NCBI RefSeq assembly: GCF_006345805.1
Contig: NC_042997.1
Location: forward strand, 90,086,001-90,150,000
Source of the DNA: Octopus sinensis
Taxonomy: Eukaryota
Direction: 5' to 3'
Length of the DNA: 64,000 nt
Below, piece by piece: positions 1-14,371 of this stretch. The notes beneath the pieces were generated by a model. That model searched no databases, had not been told where the DNA came from, and saw nothing but the letters and a program-made list of their open reading frames with translations. The position numbers were made by a program, and so were the translations under genes. How positions within the stretch are numbered: the first letter of the stretch is position 1; each line of letters begins with the position of its first letter.

Positions 1-209
1 ACTCACCTCACACACACACACACACACACAAAGAAGCACAAACACACAAAGATATATAAAGATATTACATACATATATGTATACACACACTTAGGTATAT
101 AATCATGCACATATATACATGTATGTTTGTTTTAGCCAAAATAGGTAAAGACATATATGAGGTAATTTTAAAATGTTAAAGTTTTAAGTATAATGGTAGC
201 CTATTTAAA

Positions 210-780
210 TACTATGGAGCAAAACAGGCATAATCTCCACAATATTCTACTACTGTGGTAGAATTGGCAATGTCCCCAGAATATTTTGGTCTGATCTGCA
301 GTAATTTTGAGATAATAACTAACATCTTGAAACTGAACGTAGTCATTATCAATCTTTCCAGGTTGCAGAAAAACCAATCAGTGAAAGCCGCAGATGGTTG
401 TGGAAAAAGTTGAAGATGACTAAGATGGTTTATGAAGGAAGAAATGTAACTGATGGAGATAGAGAGCATGGTGACATGGAGACAGTTTAAGGCAGCTATG
501 GTCATAGAGAGGAATGGCAGGAAATATGTTTAAAAGTTGATGGAAGGAATAGAGGTGGAAATTGTGATGGTGGTGGTGGTGCTGTCCCCAATAGACAAAA
601 CACACACAAAAAAAACAATAGATCTTGTGGACAGGCCTTGTTACAGAGAGAGAGAGAGAGAGTATTGTCTGAACTGTGCAAATATGGATCTGTGCCGAGC
701 TCTTTCCTATGTCAGACAACCTGCCCTGGAGGGGTGTGAGTAGTGCAAGAACAAACAGTCCATGAGATAAGCATCAGCAT
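210..780 (-). mobile_element. Possible highly decayed CR1-like LINE fragment
   Basis: Only weak peptide resemblance (FPQPSAAFTDWFF versus WFSPSCAAAI..RNHFF); non-microsatellite sequence with coding-like composition. Confidence 0.3.
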
Positions 781-2199
781 GAAAATTGACAATTCCAAGA
801 AGTTATTCTTTACACTGCAAATGTGCCAAAGCTATTCATCAGAAGTTGCTTTCAAAAGTCTGAACATAGTTTGTGGTTGATGTAAGGTGTCAACATGGAA
901 CACTGAATTACCATTGTCAAAGTTGTCATAATTGTTTCTTTGCAACAGTTTTCTCCTTTCATTATCATCATCAATTCTTTTAATCCATGTTTGTATTTCT
1001 TACCAGAAGTCTAAAAGAAGACTGTTTTCTTTTTTTTTTTCCACAAAACTTTAAAACTACTTTTATTTATTTTTGTTATCTATTATTACCTATTTGAGAA
1101 GCTCAAGTCTCCTTAGCAAGTTCCATTATTTCAGTTAGGATTGGCACCCTTTATTTTGTTATATAAGTGAAGTATGATAATTAGATAAAAGCAGAAAGAA
1201 CTTGAGACAAGAGTTATTTTGTGTGAAAATAACAGACAGTTGTTGATTCTCCCTCTTGTTGTTTCCATTATGTCTACTTACAGGAGAGATCAAAGCTTCA
1301 GTTAAAGTTTCTTGGCTTGAAATTATCCAAAATAATTCCAATAAAAAGAAACATTTTTCATAAATATCACACACTTTACTATCACACACACATGTATACT
1401 TCTTGATGACTTCCCCTGTGGAGAATGCAAGACACCTGCCATTACATTTTACTTTACTGGAAATTTCAACATGAATGATATTCAATATTTTGGGGGAGGA
1501 TGTCACATTTGGAATGACTGAAGTGGAATTTTATATAATAGTAGACTTTTATCTCTCTTTGTCTGTCTCTGTCTATCTCACTCATGCTAACATCAACAGA
1601 ACCATTAGCATTATCTTTGTCAAATATTACAGAAGTAAAACTGTGTACCTGACAAATTTTACACACTTCAAAGGTTACATTTGTGAAATGTTTACACATA
1701 TCAAACATTACATCACCCATATCAGGCACATTTTAAACTTATGCACAAATGGCTGCAAGACCTAATCACACTGACACATCAAACACTGTTTATATCCAGA
1801 GTGCTGGATGTAATTCTGTTGTGTTAGAATTATACAGGTTATTTCAGGGACATAGGTCAACTTATAACTGACCAGATCTACTCAATAATAAGTTATAAGT
1901 GATGCAGACATGGCAATGTAGCTGAGAATTTCATTTCACAATCACAATTCTGGGTTTTATCCTGCTGCAGGGCACCTTGGACAGGTGTCTTCTGCCATAA
2001 CCTCAGGTTGATTTGACTAATCTATGGGTTCCAACAGACTTTTATCTCTTGGGTCAGAAGCTTCTTGTCTGATCACACCATTATAGCATACATAGAATTC
2101 TCTTTTAACACATGCTACATCAACTCTAGTGTGCACCATAGGTCCATTATGATGCCTACACTCCTTACCAACATTAATGACAGTAGCACACCTGTTTTT

Positions 2200-2490
2200 G
2201 TTCACATTCTTGATTACCCTCTCTCTCTCTGACTGGATAACCATGTAACTTCTCTACAGTAAGACACCTGTTTCTGTCTCTCTGTCACCTCCCATCATCT
2301 GATACGTGATCACCTCCTCCAATTCTCCATCCCCTCTCAAAGAATCTTTGTCTTGCAAGTTACTTGGTGACTCAAGTTATGTGCTAGTGCTGGTGCCATG
2401 TAAAAAGTATCTAGTCCACACTGTAAAGTGGTTGGCGTTTGGAAGGACATCCAGCTGTAAAAACCATGCCAGAAATTACCTTTCCACAAA
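2200..2490 (+). mobile_element. RTE 3' UTR-type fragment
   Basis: gtgctggtgccatgtaaaaag...ggaaggacatccagctgtaaaaacc matches the reverse of 34355-34430; colinear with 50720-51000. Confidence 0.7.
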
Positions 2491-2849
2491 ATTAATTAAT
2501 AAAAGGCGACACACATGTAATATGAAAAGTAATGGAGATGAGGAGAGCAAATAGGAGGCTTTAAAAGAAAAAAAGAGCACGCATATACAACACAAAACCA
2601 TTAAAAGCCTGAAGATTAAGTCTATCTAGAGGGAAGTCTCTACATTGGTTGCATGACCTACTAGAAATAGTAGCTAAATCTCCGTCATATTACAAGCTAC
2701 AGTTTTAAAACAATACAGGATACATTGAGTTATGTAGTTGTTTGGGATCTGTACTATGACTGGAAATATAAGATGACATGGTCATGGCTGGGTTGTCATC
2801 TTTGATTACATATCTGCTAAATTGAGAGAGACACTACCTATAACATATC

Positions 2850-3400
2850 ACACCACACATACATTATACAACAGAAATGGCAATGTACTACTCTCACATG
2901 TGCGCACACATAGATTATACAACAAAACCTCACAACACTCACATGCGTACACATACACACACTACACATGAGTGCACTATACACACACACATTATACAAC
3001 AGTGCACCATACACCTATATACACATCACATACATCATACAACAGAAATTCACCACACACAGACACACAAGCACATGTTACACAACAGATCCAAACACAT
3101 ACACACATGCACATTGCAACAGATCCTATACACACAAATGCTTATGTGTGCACACATGCACAAAACATACACACTACACAACACGAGTTTACCATACACA
3201 CATACAACAGAATCTCACCACACACAGACACATTACACAACAAACTTCACCACATGCAGACACAAAGACATACATACATTACACAACAGATCACTAATAT
3301 ATATATACACACACACATATTTGACAAAAGAATCTCACCATGCATCCATACATTATACAACAGAACTTCAACATCATTGTACACACACATAACTCAATCT
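2850..3400. repeat. Degenerate minisatellite (cattatacaacagaa..cacacac units, about 40-60 bp)
   Basis: Recurrent acaacag motif roughly ten times; explains the His/Thr ORFs. Confidence 0.8.
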
Positions 3401-3713
3401 TATCACACATGCCTTTTTTTTAAGCCAATGAGAGAGCCTTTTACATGATTACCTGACCTGCTAGGGTGTCATCTACAAATCCCACCCCAGTATGAATAGA
3501 GGTAAGCATGGCAATGTGGTAAAGCAGTTTGCTTTTCAAATAGGAGGTCCTAGATTCAGTTGGCTGTACAGCACTTTAGGCAAGAGTCTTTCCCTTAGCC
3601 TTGAGTAGACAGAAGCTGTGTGGAAATCTCTAGGAAGAACTTGAATTTCAACAACAATCCAATGATATGCTTTCGTAAAAAAAAAAAAAAAAGAATAACA
3701 CAACAGAACTTAC

Positions 3714-3760
3714 TTTGAAAAGCTCTTCGAAGTAACAAGTCCAGGAGTGTCAACAAAAAC
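3714..3760 (-). CDS. ERAL1: ERAL1 47-nt coding microexon carrying G3 (VFVDTPGLVTSKSFS-K)
   Basis: ttgcag acceptor, GTAAGT donor, phase 0 to phase 2. Contains DTPG and continues in frame from NQI of the previous exon. Confidence 0.9.
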
Positions 3761-4577
3761 CTGCAATCAGAAAATATGTCCATGGAAAGTTGATCACATT
3801 TGAGAATGAAAATCTAAGGAAGAAACGAAACCTGGAAAAGGGTAAACTGAAACTATAAGATTAAAAGATAAAAAAACATTTAATTAATATTGTTTGTGAA
3901 TATTTTTTCCATGACTATTATCATCACCATCATCATCATCACCACCACCACTGGCATTATCAATATAAAAACGACAGCAATGATGATAAAGATGATGAAT
4001 AAGTACATTTCTAGGCTAGCATTAAGTTTTTAGAATTGAAACGCATTCTACTGTAAAGCAAAAGTAGAACTTGAAAAATAGAAACGCAAGAAGAAATACC
4101 AGCAAAGAGGAGTTGGGCAGATGGGCAGACAGACAGACAGACAATTAAACAAAGAGGAAGGCAGGAAGACATGCAGTTGGTCAGTGAAGTGGACAGTGAG
4201 GTGGGCAATGAGGCAAAGAGACAGGCAAAAAGATGAGATTGAGCAACAGTAATACAGTCAAGCAGTAACAGAGATACACAATGGAAGACAGGTGGGGAGT
4301 GTGAGACAGACAGATAGTGTGGTAGACAGAGTGAAATAGACATTCATTGAGACAGTGTCTTAGACAGATAGAGAGTGAGACAGTGTCACAGTAAAATAGG
4401 CAGTCTGTTAGACAAACAGATTATGAGACAGATAGTGCAGTAGATAGACTGTTGGAGAGATAGACTATTGGACTGAGAGTGAGTTAGAGACATATAGTGA
4501 GATACACATTCAGTAAGATAAGCAAACAGTTGTTGAGACAAGAGCACAGCCAGTGAAATAGGTAGACAGGGAAAATC

Positions 4578-4750
4578 TAGACTGTGGGACAGATAGACTG
4601 TGGAACAGATTGATTGTGAGCCAGATTGACTGTGGGATAGATAGGCTGTGGGATAGATAGACTGTGGGACAGATTGTTTGTGGGACATGACTGTAGGACA
4701 GATAGGCTGTGGGACTGATAGACTGTGAGACAGATAGATTGTGGGATTGA
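4578..4750. repeat. 16-bp minisatellite (GACTGTGGGACAGATA-like) inside a wider GACA/GATA-rich degenerate tract (4100-4900)
   Basis: About 10 imperfect units are visible. Confidence 0.85.
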
Positions 4751-5408
4751 GAGTAAGACAAAGACATACAATGATGTAGACATACAGTAAGATAAGTAAA
4801 CAGTCATTGAGACAAGCAGACAGTCAATAAAATAGGGAGACATTAAGACAATGAGAGAAGTTTGTAAGCAATGAGACAGCTTGACAGGAAGCGGAAAATA
4901 ATTTCCAATTGTCATCAAAATACATAAAGACAGAGTGTAGTGTTAGACAGTGGTATGTAGATACAGCCATAGTGGACAGTTTTATTATCTAAATTTGTGT
5001 GTGAATTACATAATGTGGCATCTTGGGAGACAAATATTGTGGAGCAGGGAGAATGAAGATAGGGAGAAGAGAGATTGGGAAAAATAGAGACAGGGATCAA
5101 GAAAAGGGCATAGAGAGAAAGAATGGAAGGTAGAGAAGAAAGAGGAAGAGGACAAAGACAGAGGTGGAGAGAGAGAAAGAGAGAGAATGAGAGAGAGAAA
5201 ACTGAAAGAGATAGGTAGAGCAAGGATGAGAAAAAATGAGGAAGAGAAAGTAAAAGAAAATGAGAGAGGGTGAGAGAGAGAGAGAGGAGGGTGATAGGGA
5301 AAAATAGAGACAGGGGAAGGGATAGAGAAAAGGGGCATAGAGAGAAAGAATAGAAGGTGTAGATGGGAGAAAGACGAAGACAAGAAAGATAGAGGTGGAG
5401 GGATAGAA

Positions 5409-5411
<3 letters not shown>

Positions 5412-5466
<55 letters not shown>
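5412..5466. repeat. (GA)n microsatellite within a purine-rich tract (5060-5520)
   Basis: Perfect dinucleotide run. Confidence 0.98.
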
Positions 5467-5470
<4 letters not shown>

Positions 5471-7924
5471 GCAAAGAAACAGAAGATAATAATTGAAAAA
5501 GTAAAGAGAAGTAACAGCAGGTCAGACATAGCTTTTATTGGTTTATGACGTGTGAAAATTGGAGGGAATCACCAGAAAAATAGGGGACAAAGCTATTTGT
5601 AAGATATAAGAGAACAAAGCTGAGACTAAAGGAAGGTGAGAGCCAGAACTGAAGGGGAAGGTGAGAGAGAGAAGAAACTTTTATGTATGTGTGTGTCTAA
5701 TTTTACATACAGACACATATACAGACATGTATATACATGCACATACACACACATGTATACATACACACATAGATATGCATGCAAATGCATACATGTACAT
5801 ACAAATGCATATGTATACATACATATATGTACACACATATACAAATGCATACATATATATATAAAAATGCATATATATATATGCAGATACCTATGTATAG
5901 AAATGCATACATATACATGCACAAACATATGTGTAGACATGCACACACACATACATAAAGAGAGATAGAGAGAGAAATTCAAACATGCCTGGATGGATGG
6001 ATAGACAGACAGAAAGATAGATAGATAAAAAGACAGAGAGATTCATGAATGGATGGATGGTTAACTATATATATATGTATATATATGTATGCATGTATGT
6101 ATGCAGAGGGAGAAATAAAAAAAGAGTGGCATAAATAAAGTGATAGATAAATTAGGTAGATACTTTAGGTGGACAGACATGCACATAGACAAATCAGATA
6201 GAGTTTAGAAAGGTAGAGCAGTAGATTAGATAAATAGATGATTAGATTATATAGCTAGATAGATGGATGGATGAACAGATAAAACAGAACATGAATACAC
6301 ACACAGAGATACAGCTACACAGTGTGTTGTTGTTGTTGCTGTTGTTGTGTGTGTGTGTATGTATGTGTGTGAGAGAGAGGGAGAGAGAAAGACAATTCAG
6401 ATAATATAGATTAATAAACAGAACACACACTACTACACAGAGTGCAGTTGTGTGTGACAATTCAAATATAGATAGATTAATAAACAGAACACACACATAC
6501 ACACATGCATGCACGTACACATGCACACACACACACACACAGAGTTCAGACAAATAGAAACATAGTTAGAGAGGCAAAAATGAGAGATTCCATGTTGTCC
6601 CTTGGAAAGTGCTCTTACACATTCTGCACATAAGCTCACATACACAAATGCACAATCGCTCACAAGCCAAACACATGCATACACACATAGGAGTGTGTGT
6701 GCGTGTAAGGTGGTGGTGTTGGTGGGAGATAACCATTGAACAAATCGAGGTGCAAAGCAAGAGAAATGAATGGCCAGGCCAAATTGACAGCGAGAACATT
6801 GGTGCCAAACCAACACGCTCAGGTGACAAATCACATTGCTTGCAGGGTTTGGTTTCTACAGAAAACCACTGTACTGCTTTACTGCCTCTGCTCACTTCAA
6901 CAGCATCTCCCCCCCAACTCCATTCACCAAACCCATCAGCTTATCCCCATTTACCAAACCATTTTCCTCCAAGAGTTGACAGATACAAGATCATACACAC
7001 ATACACACATGCACATAATTATGAAAATTTACTCTCCCTCTTTTTCCATGGAAAAAAAAAAAAAAACAGAAAAATGTTTCTGCATGAGATTGCAGTGATC
7101 AATTATAGTAACGTCCAGTTAGTTCATCACTTAAAACATGCAAAGAAAGATAGGTGGGTGACAAGGTATGGTGTTATGGTAGTTGTGCGTGCGTGTGCAC
7201 GCACATGTGTGTGTGTGAGTGTAGGTGTGTTAGAGAACATACAAGACTTTAAAAAATATATACACATGCAAATATCCTCCTGATCATAATCATAATGTTC
7301 ACTTTTACATGTTTGCATAGGTCAGATAGATTTTGTTGAGTCAGGTTTTCTATGGCCAGATGCCCTTCCTGTTGCCAGCCTTCACCTGTTTCCAAGGAAG
7401 GTGATATTTCCCTGTCATGACCAGACATTGTTTTTCAAGGAAGATTGGAAATGAATATCCTCTCTAGTATGACAACGGTGCTTATTTACAACCACCATGT
7501 GATGTCTACACAAGGGCACACACAAACACACGAACACATGCATACATTCATATGTAATAAGCTTCTTTCAGTTTCCATTTACCAAACCTTCTCACAAGGC
7601 ATGGGATGAGCTGGGGCTATAATAGAAGATAATCAAGGTACTATACTAAGAGACTGAACCCAAGACCATATGACTGAGAAGCAAGCTTCTTAACACACAA
7701 CCAAACACACATATGAAGGATTGCTTTGGTCCAAGGCTAGAATGCCTGTCATGTCTACAGGAGTTGTGGGTTCAAGTCCTATGGGCAGCATTTGACTTTT
7801 TCTATCGAGAAGGGGTTCTCAATCCAATATCTAGATGCTATTATTTATAGCTTTATATGTACTCTGAGATTCACTATTCCACAAAAAAACCAAAAAAAAA
7901 CCCCAATTATTTCACATTCTCTCA

Positions 7925-8190
7925 AAAGTATCTGGGCAAGGTTGTTAAGGAAGACTAGCAGATACCTGTGCATACCAGCCTCCCCTCTCTATGCTACTAA
8001 TGTTATCCAAGGGAAAGGCAAAGGCTGATACAGCTTGGCACTAGTGACATCACAACTCATTTCTACAGCTGAGTGAACTGAACCAACATGAAATAAAGTG
8101 TCTTGTTCAAGAACACAACACACAGACTGGTCTGGGAATCAAACTCACTACCACATAATTGTGAGCCTAATGCTCTAACCACTGAGCAAT
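7925..8190 (-). mobile_element. tRNA-headed SINE family B
   Basis: Colinear with 63750-64000 (cataccagcctcccctct...cttggca...aaataa...tcttgttcaagaacacaac). Confidence 0.75.
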
Positions 8191-8240
8191 ACATACACAC
8201 ATACATTGTGTATGTGTGTATATGTATATATACGTGTGTA

Positions 8241-8313
<73 letters not shown>

Positions 8314-10389
8314 CACATCTATATATTATGTGTATGTGTATATGTGCACACACAAAGTAATGGAATGGGCAGTTCAGATAATGGTATGGTGGTGTGGCAG
8401 ATGGTAAATGGTGTCAAGGAAACATTCAAAAGAAAAAGGATTTTATTTTACAATTTTGAAGTGTTACATTTTTTGCCAATACATCTCTTTTATGGGAAGG
8501 ATCATCTCTAATTCAATGTACATATGAGCACACATACACAAATTAATATATTCTTTATAGAGATTAAGCAGCTGTATGTATGTGTATTGAGTGAGTATAT
8601 ATCATTGCTATTATGCAAAAGTGCCGCAGTCTAATTACTGAAATGGGTAAAAGATAAAAAATAAAAGATATATATATACAATGGGTTTCTCTCAGTTTCC
8701 ATCTACCAAATCCACTCACAAGGCTCTGGTTGGCCTGAGGCTATAGTAGAAGACACTTGCCCAAGGTGACACACAATGGGACTGAAACTAGAACCATGTG
8801 ATGTGGAAGCAAGCTTCTTACCACATTGGCAGAGCTGGTAGATGGTAGATAGAATGCTTTGTGTTATTTTTTCTGACTCTTTCATATTTTATGGAGTCAA
8901 TAAATAAAGTACCAGTCTGGCACCAAGGTATGTTCTCTTTTAGCTTTAGAAGAAATCAGCTGTGCTTGAACCTAGAGAGGGATGGACTCTGATGGATTTA
9001 GATGTCCACAACATACTACATATGATATAATCCTTATGATTCCATCAAGAGTTGAAGGCTCAGGGAAGGGAAATGGGGAGGTCATTCATTTGTTCATGAA
9101 CATATGTGATAAAAAATGGTCATGCATGAAAAAGAAAAGAATAATCAGGGAGACAATAAAAATGATACTATAATGTATTGTTAGTGCTAGTGCCTTGAAA
9201 AATCTACTTAGTACACTCCGTAAAGGGGTTAGCATTAGGAAGGGCATCCAGCTGTAGAAACCATGCTAAAGAAGACATTGTAGCTCAATGCAGTCCTCTG
9301 GCCTGTTGGAGGATTGTTGAACAGTTCATTCCACGCCAGTATGGAATACAAATGCTAAATAATGATGATGATGACAATGATGATGATGAATTCTATTATC
9401 GAATGAAGTCCTTAGGAAAAGGACTACATTAGCAATGGAATTCCAAGAAATAATGGTCACAGCTGAAATGCCTTTAATTAAAGGTTTGCATATTGATAGA
9501 GGCGATTGACTATACATGTTCTGATTCTCAATATCTTAACAAAATAAGGAAGCTCGTATGTAGTTACCCAGTCTATTAGAAATATTAGCCAAATTTCTAA
9601 CTACTTCCAAGGATGCTTTAGATAATGTAGTTCTAGATATATGGTTTCAAAATAAAATGAGATGGCCAAAGGTGGAATGCCTTTGATCAGAGGTCTGTTT
9701 GATTAAGGTTGCTCTGAGGTTAAATATCAGCAGAAAAGAGACACTAAAAGAAATTGAACCTAAGTAAAATTAAGATTTTCTAAATTTTTGAGAACATTCC
9801 ACAGTAACACATCTCACTAAATTAGCTGATTGTTTTGACATTCTCACAGCAAAACAACACTCTAAATAGATTACATTTGTATTGCTTATTTAGGGGGACA
9901 CAGAAAGAGGTGTAGTGGAGAAGGTTGAGTGCAAATATTAATAATGTAAAAGAAAGGGATAAAAGATAAAATAAACAAATTATCTAACTAAAAAAATAAA
10001 ATATGCAAAATAAGCTAAAGAAAGAAAAATAACAAAATTAGTAAAAGACAATTAAAAAATAATAGTAATGATAACAATAACATTGTGTAACAAAATAAAA
10101 TTATTTTTTGGTCTTTGGTCAGTAAGTGTTATTTCTATAAATCAAAGGAAATGGTTGTTATTCCCTTCAAACTTTGATTTTGTGACCTGGACATTTTCCA
10201 TCACATTTCAGACAGATTCAGTACTGCTTGCTGAAGCAGAATATTCTGCTCAATACCACAAATTTGCTAGTCACTTGATTGACCATAACCATTTGAGCAT
10301 GTCCCTTAGTGGACTGTAAAGATGGAAAAAATGCTACTAAGTGTTATGTCTGAGGGTTAATGATACCACCAGCTTGCTGTCTTAATAAT

Positions 10390-10900
10390 ATTAACCCTTT
10401 TTACTATAGGCACAATGCTTGAAATTCTGAGGAGGGGCACTAGTTGATGACTTTGACCCCAGTACTCAACTGGTTCTTATTTCATCAATTCTGAAAGGAT
10501 GACAGGTAAAGTCAACCTCTGCAGATTTTGAACTCAGAATGAAAAGATGGACAAAATACTACTAAGTATTTTGTTTGGTGTGCTAATGATTTTGTCAGCT
10601 TGTTGCTTTAATAATAATAATAATAATATTAATATTAATAATAATAATAATAATAATGATAATAATAATAATAATAATGGTTTCAAATTTTTGCACAAGG
10701 CCAACAAGTTTGGGGGTGGGAGTATGTTGACTACATCAACCCCAGTGCTCAACTGTTATTTATTTCATCAATCCTGAAAAGATGAAATGCAAAGTTAACC
10801 TCAGTGGTATTTAAATTCAGAATATAAAGATGGATGAAAAACTGTGAAGCATTTTACTCAGTCTACTAACAATTCTGCCAGCTCATCACTTTAATAATAA
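10390..10900 (-). mobile_element. Two head-to-tail family C SINEs separated by (AAT)n
   Basis: Two repeats of gacccca gtactcaactg..tatttcatcaat.ctgaaag.atga.ag..aaagt.aacct...gattt.aa.tcagaat. Confidence 0.75.
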
Positions 10901-11405
10901 TAATGACGATGATGATGATGATGACGACGGTGATGATGATGATGATGATAATTATGGTACACAAAGATATGTTTGAACCCAGAAACTATCCACCGCCACT
11001 GCTCCATCCAATCCTTAATATCCGCCACCCAACAGACTCCCTACAACTTTCACTCCATCTCCAGGCAAGCTGTAATTGACAAGGGAAAGAAGGAAGTGAA
11101 AAGTGACATGAATTTCAAATATTCATATCTACTTCTGAGGTGTGTGTTTCTATATGTACAATTGTGTGTATGTATGTGCATGTGTGCGCCTGCAATGTTG
11201 TATGAATGTATGTCTGCAAATGAGTGTGTACATTTGTATGTAAGTATGCACATGTATATGTGGGAATATGTATGCATGTATATATGTGTGTGTATATACA
11301 TACATATAAATGCATGTTTTGGTGTATATACATTGCATGTATGTATGTACTGAGCATAGGTGATCTAATGTGTGTGTGTGTGTATGTATGTATATACGTA
11401 TGTCA

Positions 11406-11444
<39 letters not shown>

Positions 11445-12563
11445 TACACACATCCATAATTATTTCTGTATGTACTGTACCACACAACTGCATGGGTATG
11501 CACGTGCACATATGCACATGTAAATGTATACGGGAGTATACACAGGTATACATGATCATACAAATGTAAACATAAGGGTATAAGTGTATGTGTGTGGGTA
11601 CACAATACATTGCACGTGCATGTGTATATGTATGCATGTACATACTTTCATCTATGAAACTAGCACATACACACACACTGTACCTATATATCTCACTTAA
11701 TACAAAATGACACTCTATGTTAATTACAGTTGTGACATGACCCACACTGACATCCCCTTGTGCAGTGATGGTGGTGGTGGTGATGGTATTGAGGGTTAGT
11801 GTGTAATAGGTAGTGATATGGTGGTATGAGGGTGGTGTTCGGTAATATGAACTGGTATGGAGTGTAGTAGTGCTGTTATTATATTATTGTTTAGTCCCAA
11901 GATAGCTCTGATCCAATAGACTGTATGCTTGTTTTATTTCCAGATATATTACATTCAAGACTTTGGTACCCTGGCAATCTGTTGGTTATGACAATGAGTA
12001 TTCTGGGTGATCTGATCAAGGGAACAGCCTCCCTGTGAAATTAGCATGCAAGTGGCTGAACACTCCACAAACATAAGTACCTTTAATGTAGTTCTCCGGG
12101 AGATTCGGCATGACACAGAGTGTGACAAGGCTGGCCTTTGAAATACAGGTCCTATTCATTTTTGCCAGATGAGTGGAGGAGAGCAATGTGAAATAAAGTT
12201 TCTTGCTCAAGGACACAATGCACCACTGAAAATTGAACTTGTAACCTTACAACTGTGAGTCAAATACCCAAACCAATAAGCCACATACATTCACTATACA
12301 TCTAGGACTACATTTTTTTAATGTACCCATTTTTTAATGTAAGATAATAGAGTGTCATTTGAGGGAGATTTATTTACTATTTCTTTTTATATATACACTT
12401 TTATTTTTGTACGGTGCTTGGCTGAGTGGTGAAGAATTTTGCTTTGCAATCAGAAGGGCCCAGGTTCAATTTCATTATGTAGTATCTTGGGCAAGAGTAT
12501 TTATCTACTGTAGACTCAAGTTGAACCAAGCCTTGTGAGCGAATTTTCATAGACAAAATAGGA

Positions 12564-12992
12564 GGTGCAGGTGTGGCTGTGTGGTTGAGAAGTTTGCTTC
12601 CCAACTGCATGGTTCTGGGTTCAGTCCCACTGCATAGCACCTTGGGAAAGTATCTTCTACTACAGCTCCAGGCCAACCAAATCCTTATGATTGAATTTGT
12701 TTGACAGAAACTGTGTGAAAGCCTACTGTATATATTTGTGCATATGTGTGTGTGTATGTATGTGTGTGTGAGTGTGTGTGTGTGTGTGTATTTTTCATCT
12801 ATGTTTTTCAGCCTCACCATTTGTCAACTGGTGTTGGTTTGTTTATGTTCCAGTAACTTAGCAGTTTGACAAAAGAGGCCAATAGAATACCAGTAAAGGA
12901 ACAAAAGAATAAGTACTGTGGTTGATTTGTTCAACTAATACCCTTGAAAGTGATAGCCCAGCATGGCTGCTGTCCAAGTAAAAGATAAAAGA
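12564..12992 (+). mobile_element. SINE family A (preceded by a second head at 12410-12560)
   Basis: Colinear with 60978-61367. Confidence 0.8.
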
Positions 12993-13160
12993 CAAAATTA
13001 TTCATGTGTCCTAGCATGGCTACAGCTTCAGGCAGAAACCAATCAAAGAATAGAATGTAGTGGGGAATCTCATCTTTGGCAACATGATAACCAGCTTACC
13101 TATGATTTAAGCTGTGCCAACCATGACCGTCCCATCTCCTTGTGCATCAGGAAGTATAGT

Positions 13161-13518
13161 GGAGGTGCATGGCTTAGTGGTTAGGGTGTCAGCATTATGA
13201 TTGTAAAATTGTGGTTTCGATTCCTGAACCAGGTGACGCGTTGTGTTCTTGAGCAAAACACTTCATTTCACATTTCTCCAAAAAAAAGGCGGCGAGCTGG
13301 CAGAATTGTTAGCACACCAGGCGAAATTCTTAGCGGTATTTCGTCTGCCACTACGTTCTGAGTTCAAATTCCACCGAGGTTGGCTTAGCCTTTCATCCTT
13401 TCAGGGTCGATTAGATAAGTACCAGTTACGCACTGGGGTCGATGTAATCGACTTAATCCTTTTGTCTGTCCTTGTTTGTCCCCTTTATGTTTAGCGTCTT
13501 GTGAGCAATAAAGAAATA
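13161..13518 (+). mobile_element. Composite SINE: family B head + A-run + young family C SINE
   Basis: B head 13161-13280, A8, C body 13288-13518 with retained CpGs; AGGAAGTATA duplicated at 13149-58 and 13519-28. Confidence 0.75.
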
Positions 13519-13552
13519 AGGAAGTATATTGTTTAATGTGTCCTTGTTTGAA

Positions 13553-13760
13553 CCCTTTAGCATTCAGATTATTCTGTCAAATGTTATGATTATTTATTAA
13601 CATTGCTTTGAATTAATCATGCATTATCTCATAGCTTTGAGATTTTGATAATGTGATTGTTTATTTTTAGAATAATAATGTAGAGTAGGTGCAAAAGGCC
13701 AGATCTGACCAGTTTGAACATAGAACAGGTAGAATATTGGGGCCAGATATGGCAATGCTA
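13553..13760. mobile_element. piggyBac-type MITE (family D), reverse orientation, one end damaged
   Basis: CCCTTTAGCATTCAG start; body is the reverse complement of the family D copies. Confidence 0.65.
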
Positions 13761-13983
13761 AGCTGTAATTTGAGGGAGATTTAGCAGCTATTTCTAGCAG
13801 GTTGAGCAACTATGTACAAACCATAGTGCTAGTAAGTTCTAACAATAACTGAAATGTAGAGAACAAAGTAGACTTCTTATATTTATCTCTAGCAGTGTAT
13901 ATCTCAGCACAGTGTTTGGAGCTAATGTGTTAATGATGTTGTTGATCTTAACCATACAACAGCTCCATAAGAGAAGAAAAGTG

Positions 13984-14370
13984 TTTACTCAATAGCATAA
14001 ACTATATCCCTAGTTATTGTTTAGTCCCAGATCAACTTGATTGAGCAGACACATGACCAAAGGAATTCTGACATAAGCATCCCATATATTTAGTGGGATA
14101 TTTAGGTCTAATCTTTAAGTATTTACTCAGTAGCATAAACTATATCCAAATTATTGTTTAGGGATATCAAACTGATAGAGCAGTCATATGACCAAAAGAG
14201 TTCCAACAATAACCATCCCGTATATTTAGTGGAGTATTTGGTTCAATCCTTTAAGAAAAGTATTTACTCAGGAGCATAAACTATATCCCTAGTTGTTGTT
14301 TAGTCCTAGGTCAATCTGATTGAAGTCTTATCACCAAAGGAGTTCTGACTATAACCATCCTATATATTTA
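13984..14370. repeat. Diverged tandem triplication, 138-141 bp unit
   Basis: tttactca.tagcataaactatatcc at 13984, 14122 and 14263. Confidence 0.9.
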
Positions 14371-14371
14371 G

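Noticed and set aside
1282-1315. Candidate next ERAL1 exon (N-QETLTEALISP; aag acceptor, GTAAGT donor, correct phase)
   Set aside because: Does not resemble the expected (R/K)HxL...DP...AD segment of ERAL1 and has a weak AAG acceptor; not supportable without RNA data.
7710-7790. tRNA-like sequence with a B box (ggttcaagtcc); likewise all SINE heads
   Set aside because: No complete cloverleaf; decayed tRNA-derived repeat heads rather than tRNA genes.
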